A stretch of DNA of 64,000 bases from Sedimentisphaerales bacterium (GTDB taxonomy: Bacteria > Planctomycetota > Phycisphaerae > Sedimentisphaerales > SM23-30). The position numbers and the translations under genes were made by a program. The stretch is taken from NCBI GenBank assembly GCA_963666285.1, contig OY762711.1. The stretch is one strand, 5' to 3'. The notes under the pieces are model-generated. The model did not search any database. It was not told the DNA's origin and saw nothing but the letters and a program-made list of their open reading frames with translations. Position 1 is the stretch's first letter, and the number at the start of each line of letters is the position of its first letter. Below are positions 60,396 to 64,000 of the stretch, one piece after another.

Positions 60396-62594
60396 TTAAT
60401 ACATACAAACCGGATAAAATTCACAATTCATCCAGTCACCGGCAAATTCTGCGAGATCAAGAATATTAACCTCACAGTCATTATTTGCATCCATAACAAG
60501 AGACAAATTATCAGGATTTACACATACTGCGACCCCGCTTACTGGGTAATAATCATCTACTACTTCTTCATGGCTCAAGGCATAACTGAAGACCTTAACC
60601 TCGTCCATCTTGCCGTTGAATGTACTGGCAAATTCAGTTGTTTCTCCGACACGGTCCAAAGCACCGATATTCAGTTCAATTCCTTCTAACTGTTGAATAG
60701 CAACAGCAGTTGTACTTGAAGCCACCGGAATACCATCGTAATAGATTACCATTCCTTCACCACCGGCTGTAACTGCCAGATGCACCCATTTATCAGTCGG
60801 CATAGGATCGGCAACCAGGCTTGTAAAGTTAGGGCCGCCTATCTGAAGATAACCGTCAGGCCTTATTTCTATCCAGAAGTTAGATTCTGCAATACCTGTT
60901 CCGGTACGATTACTGACAACTCCCTGCCAGCTGGTAACACCTTCCCAGTACAACCACGCACTTACAGATACTTCACTGGTATACAGTGATGGAACCCAGG
61001 CACCGGAACTGGCCGCAGCTTGACCGTTAACTGACAAATCTAAAGCATTACCGGTTTTAGCAACATCAACACCATCAGTAAACTGTTCCGGGGCCGGATC
61101 ATCATTAGGATCGGCATGATAACCGCCAACGATATCTTCATAGTAGTTAAATGTTGTACCTGTCGTTAAAGAATCCAGTTTCCAATGAGCCATCAGTCGT
61201 TTAAGACCAAGCTGAGCAATATCTGAGGCTGCTTCACCACTGGTATTAGATGCAGCACAATAATATTCACCCTGATCAGCAGCTTCGAAATCAGATATTG
61301 TCAAGGTAGAGGTATAAACATCAGCGTCATTAACTGTCTCTATAGTTATATCTTCATCAGAGTCACTTATTGGATCAACCTGCCCCTGTTTGTACCATAA
61401 AACTGATATTTCTGATTTACTGGTAATATCACAGTAAAGTTTAACCGGCTCACCGGCATAACCCAGCGTGTCTTCCGGAGAGCTGGTAATTGCAGGAATT
61501 GATGGTAATGCACTGAATGTCCACAAAGGACCGGTAATATTAGATGCAGACCCCTTAGCCGCACCGGAAACCTGCTCTTCAACATTCCAGCATACTACAT
61601 CATCCAAACCAAAAGTATATGGAATACTGACCGGATCGGTACCGGCAGCCACAAATGTTTCCATCAAAACTGGTTCAGCCAGGTTAGGCTCACCATTATA
61701 AACTTCATATACTGTAACATAATGACCTGTTATATCAGGGTTGGTTACTGTTGGATTTTCCGGATCTTTGCCGGCATAAAATGAAAGTTCTGTAACTGTC
61801 GCAGGATCGACAAGTGCTGCATTATCAGCCGGGCTTGGATCTGTAGGATATTTTACCGTATCCAGTGCCGCATAGAACAACTGGGCACGAATGCTGCCGG
61901 TCTGCTCTGAAACATTTGTACAATGATGCCAGTCCCATAGCGGATTAAAGTCTGGATTAGTATCATCTCCTTCATATTCAATCAAGCCGCCAAGACTGCC
62001 GTCATTAGGCACATCACCGCCCGGCGTAATACCCAGAAAAGTAACAGTAAGGTTACCATCAATATTGATACTGGCAGGTACTGTCAGATTAAAGACTTTT
62101 ACTATACTATTAATTTTACTGACTACCAAACCATCATTGGCATTAAAAGAAACATACACGCTATAATCACCTGCAACTGCCGGTGCCAGGCTCAAAAGAG
62201 CCGCACCATCAGTAAGATCGGTATCGTTTAATCCTGTAGGCACTCCATACCTTGAAGCATTTTTTATAAAGAATACGAACTTTCCGTCAGACAGATAAAT
62301 ACCGTTACCATTTGATGTTCCGCCATTTTCGAAAATTACAACAGGACCATTCTTGGAGTTTGCAATATCTGTTGCTGCCAGCGAAAACTGGGCGGCAAAT
62401 GTAACATAATCATTAGCTGAATTATCTGGAGTGTTGACTCCGTCATCATTATCTGAAGTTGCGGTAATATCAAATGCCGCATCTGCATCATTAAAGTCTG
62501 GGACTAATGTTCCAGAAAAAACTGTACCGGAAAAAACTAGCAAAGAAAACGAAATAAGACAAAAATATAAACTCTTAGTATATTTTGTATTCAT
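60396..62594 (-). CDS. Secreted protein: unknown N-terminal domain, Ig domain, LamG domain and dockerin-like tag
   Basis: GGAGG RBS; LYC...WYK...DQGEYYC Ig I-set; WVHLAVT...FNGKMDEVKVF LamG; DANNDCEVNILDLAEFAGDW. Confidence 0.8.
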   Translation of the reverse strand: MNTKYTKSLYFCLISFSLLVFSGTVFSGTLVPDFNDADAAFDITATSDNDDGVNTPDNSANDYVTFAAQFSLAATDIANSKNGPVVIFENGGTSNGNGIYLSDGKFVFFIKNASRYGVPTGLNDTDLTDGAALLSLAPAVAGDYSVYVSFNANDGLVVSKINSIVKVFNLTVPASINIDGNLTVTFLGITPGGDVPNDGSLGGLIEYEGDDTNPDFNPLWDWHHCTNVSEQTGSIRAQLFYAALDTVKYPTDPSPADNAALVDPATVTELSFYAGKDPENPTVTNPDITGHYVTVYEVYNGEPNLAEPVLMETFVAAGTDPVSIPYTFGLDDVVCWNVEEQVSGAAKGSASNITGPLWTFSALPSIPAITSSPEDTLGYAGEPVKLYCDITSKSEISVLWYKQGQVDPISDSDEDITIETVNDADVYTSTLTISDFEAADQGEYYCAASNTSGEAASDIAQLGLKRLMAHWKLDSLTTGTTFNYYEDIVGGYHADPNDDPAPEQFTDGVDVAKTGNALDLSVNGQAAASSGAWVPSLYTSEVSVSAWLYWEGVTSWQGVVSNRTGTGIAESNFWIEIRPDGYLQIGGPNFTSLVADPMPTDKWVHLAVTAGGEGMVIYYDGIPVASSTTAVAIQQLEGIELNIGALDRVGETTEFASTFNGKMDEVKVFSYALSHEEVVDDYYPVSGVAVCVNPDNLSLVMDANNDCEVNILDLAEFAGDWMNCEFYPVCMY

Positions 62595-62637
62595 ATGAAC
62601 CTCCGAAATCAAAAATTATACCTTTTCCAAAATTAAC

Positions 62638-62665
62638 CTGGAAGGGAACTACTGCTCCCTTCCAG
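62638..62665. terminator. Strong intra-operon hairpin (terminator or RNA-stability element)
   Basis: ctggaaggga-actactgc-tcccttccag, 10-bp perfect stem. Confidence 0.65.
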
Positions 62666-62683
62666 ATTCGATATCACAAACTA

Positions 62684-64000
62684 TTAATGACAATCTGAAG
62701 CCGGATACAATCCGCAATTCATCCAACCTGCAGTAAAGGTAGCAAAATCTATCAGATCTACCTTACAATCATGATTGAAATCATAATCAAGGGTTTCAGC
62801 ATCTCTATCCAGACAAGCTGAAATCTCAGTAACATCATAATACTTCTGAGCAACATCTTCATTAGTAAAGACATAATTATAGATATGGACTTCATCAATC
62901 GCACCGCTGAATGGATCGCGAACATTAAGACCATCGTACCCGGCACCACCAATGAATACCAGAGATTCATTCTGATCGATACTATACAAATTAGATAAGC
63001 CAACCTGCTCACCATTAACATAAATCTTACCAACTTCATCGGCAGCAGAAGTCAGGGTAATAAATACCCACTGACCACTTTCAACTGAAGGATAATAGTC
63101 GGCAGTATTGCTGTTATCAAATGGATCGTAACCAGGAGCATTAGCACTGATATATCCACCATCATTATTAAATTCAAAGAACCAGTTATTTACCGGATTA
63201 TTACTGCAAACCAGACCGTCAAGTGAAGTATCACCTTCTGTCGGAGTCCATTTAATCCAGGCAGTGATAGTCAGTTCATCGGTATAAGCAGCCGCGGCAA
63301 ACGCTTCTGTTACACCGGCCAGCTCTGCATTGGCAGCAACATTAAGAGCATTGCCAATTTTACCTTCGATAAAGTCAGCTGCAGTCGGCATTCCATTTGG
63401 ATCAGCATCATGACCGCCAACCATATCTGCATAGGTACCTTCTGCTGTCGCTTCGTCCATCGGCCAGTATGCAATTTCACGCTGTACGCCAAGTGCAACC
63501 TGGGCTGACTGAGATGTACCGGCACTGTTTGATACTTCGCTATAATACATTCCTTCATCTGCCACAACAAGATCAGATACAGTCAAAGTGTATTCATAAG
63601 TATCAGTACCAACCAGGGTAGGACCTGTTACCTGATATCTGCTGTCAGTTGTCAGGTCAGTACCTTCACTGCCGACTTTAACCCATACAGAAGACTCTAG
63701 CGGGTTCTTACTGATAATAGTACAGGTAAACTCAACAGAACCACCAACAACATCGGCATCAGCCAGAGGCTGCACGGTGATATTTGGAACTGAAGGTAAC
63801 GCACTGAACTTCCAGACAGGACTTGAAATTGTATCTGTACCGGTATGAGCATCTACTGACCAGTAAACTACATCATCCAACTCCAGGAATGGATCGCCAA
63901 AAGCACTAAACGGACAGGTTGTACCTGTTACCTCATAACTTGCAGGAGCTGCCAGGTAGTTCGGCTCATCTCCGTACATATCGTATACATTAACTGTATA
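62684..64000 (-). CDS. Ig + LamG + dockerin-like protein (5' part lies outside the window)
   Basis: Frame stays open to 64000; FTC...DEGMYY Ig; WVFITLT...FSGAIDEVHIY LamG; DFNHDCKVDLIDFATFTAGW. Confidence 0.8.
   Translation of the reverse strand, partial: YTVNVYDMYGDEPNYLAAPASYEVTGTTCPFSAFGDPFLELDDVVYWSVDAHTGTDTISSPVWKFSALPSVPNITVQPLADADVVGGSVEFTCTIISKNPLESSVWVKVGSEGTDLTTDSRYQVTGPTLVGTDTYEYTLTVSDLVVADEGMYYSEVSNSAGTSQSAQVALGVQREIAYWPMDEATAEGTYADMVGGHDADPNGMPTAADFIEGKIGNALNVAANAELAGVTEAFAAAAYTDELTITAWIKWTPTEGDTSLDGLVCSNNPVNNWFFEFNNDGGYISANAPGYDPFDNSNTADYYPSVESGQWVFITLTSAADEVGKIYVNGEQVGLSNLYSIDQNESLVFIGGAGYDGLNVRDPFSGAIDEVHIYNYVFTNEDVAQKYYDVTEISACLDRDAETLDYDFNHDCKVDLIDFATFTAGWMNCGLYPASDCH

Overview
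AT-rich bacterial chromosomal window, most consistent with Planctomycetota (Phycisphaerae/Sedimentisphaerales-like). The basis is a PVC-type small basic protein, a LEPR/xLL-type N-terminal motif, PEP-CTERM proteins, Tat-exported sulfatases and many dockerin-like C-terminal tags. 1-25 kb is mostly housekeeping: a GldA/F/G-like ABC cluster, rpmF-plsX-fabHDG-acpP-fabF-tRNA-Leu(GAG), trpB2, ilvD, coaC, rpoZ, gmk, yicC, secG and tpiA. It also holds three tandem HD-GYP+PilZ paralogs, each preceded by a sigma-28-like promoter. 25-42 kb is a compositionally mosaic accessory region: a MenA-like prenyltransferase coupled to a CPBP protease, a GLUG/PASTA giant protein bracketed by a 50-bp direct repeat, a 1717-aa mosaic secreted protein, a four-helix-bundle gene, REP-like palindromes, and a PEP-CTERM/dockerin-like pair sharing a domain. 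42-64 kb holds regulators, an M16 peptidase, a PPC-metacaspase, and a sulfatase operon with domain-shuffled Ig/LamG/dockerin-like proteins. The least explained signal is an ~85-nt intergenic element present twice (47.05 kb and 56.0 kb). It has compensatory base changes and a GNRA tetraloop, and is a candidate unannotated structured RNA. All assignments come from reading motifs by eye; no database searches were run.
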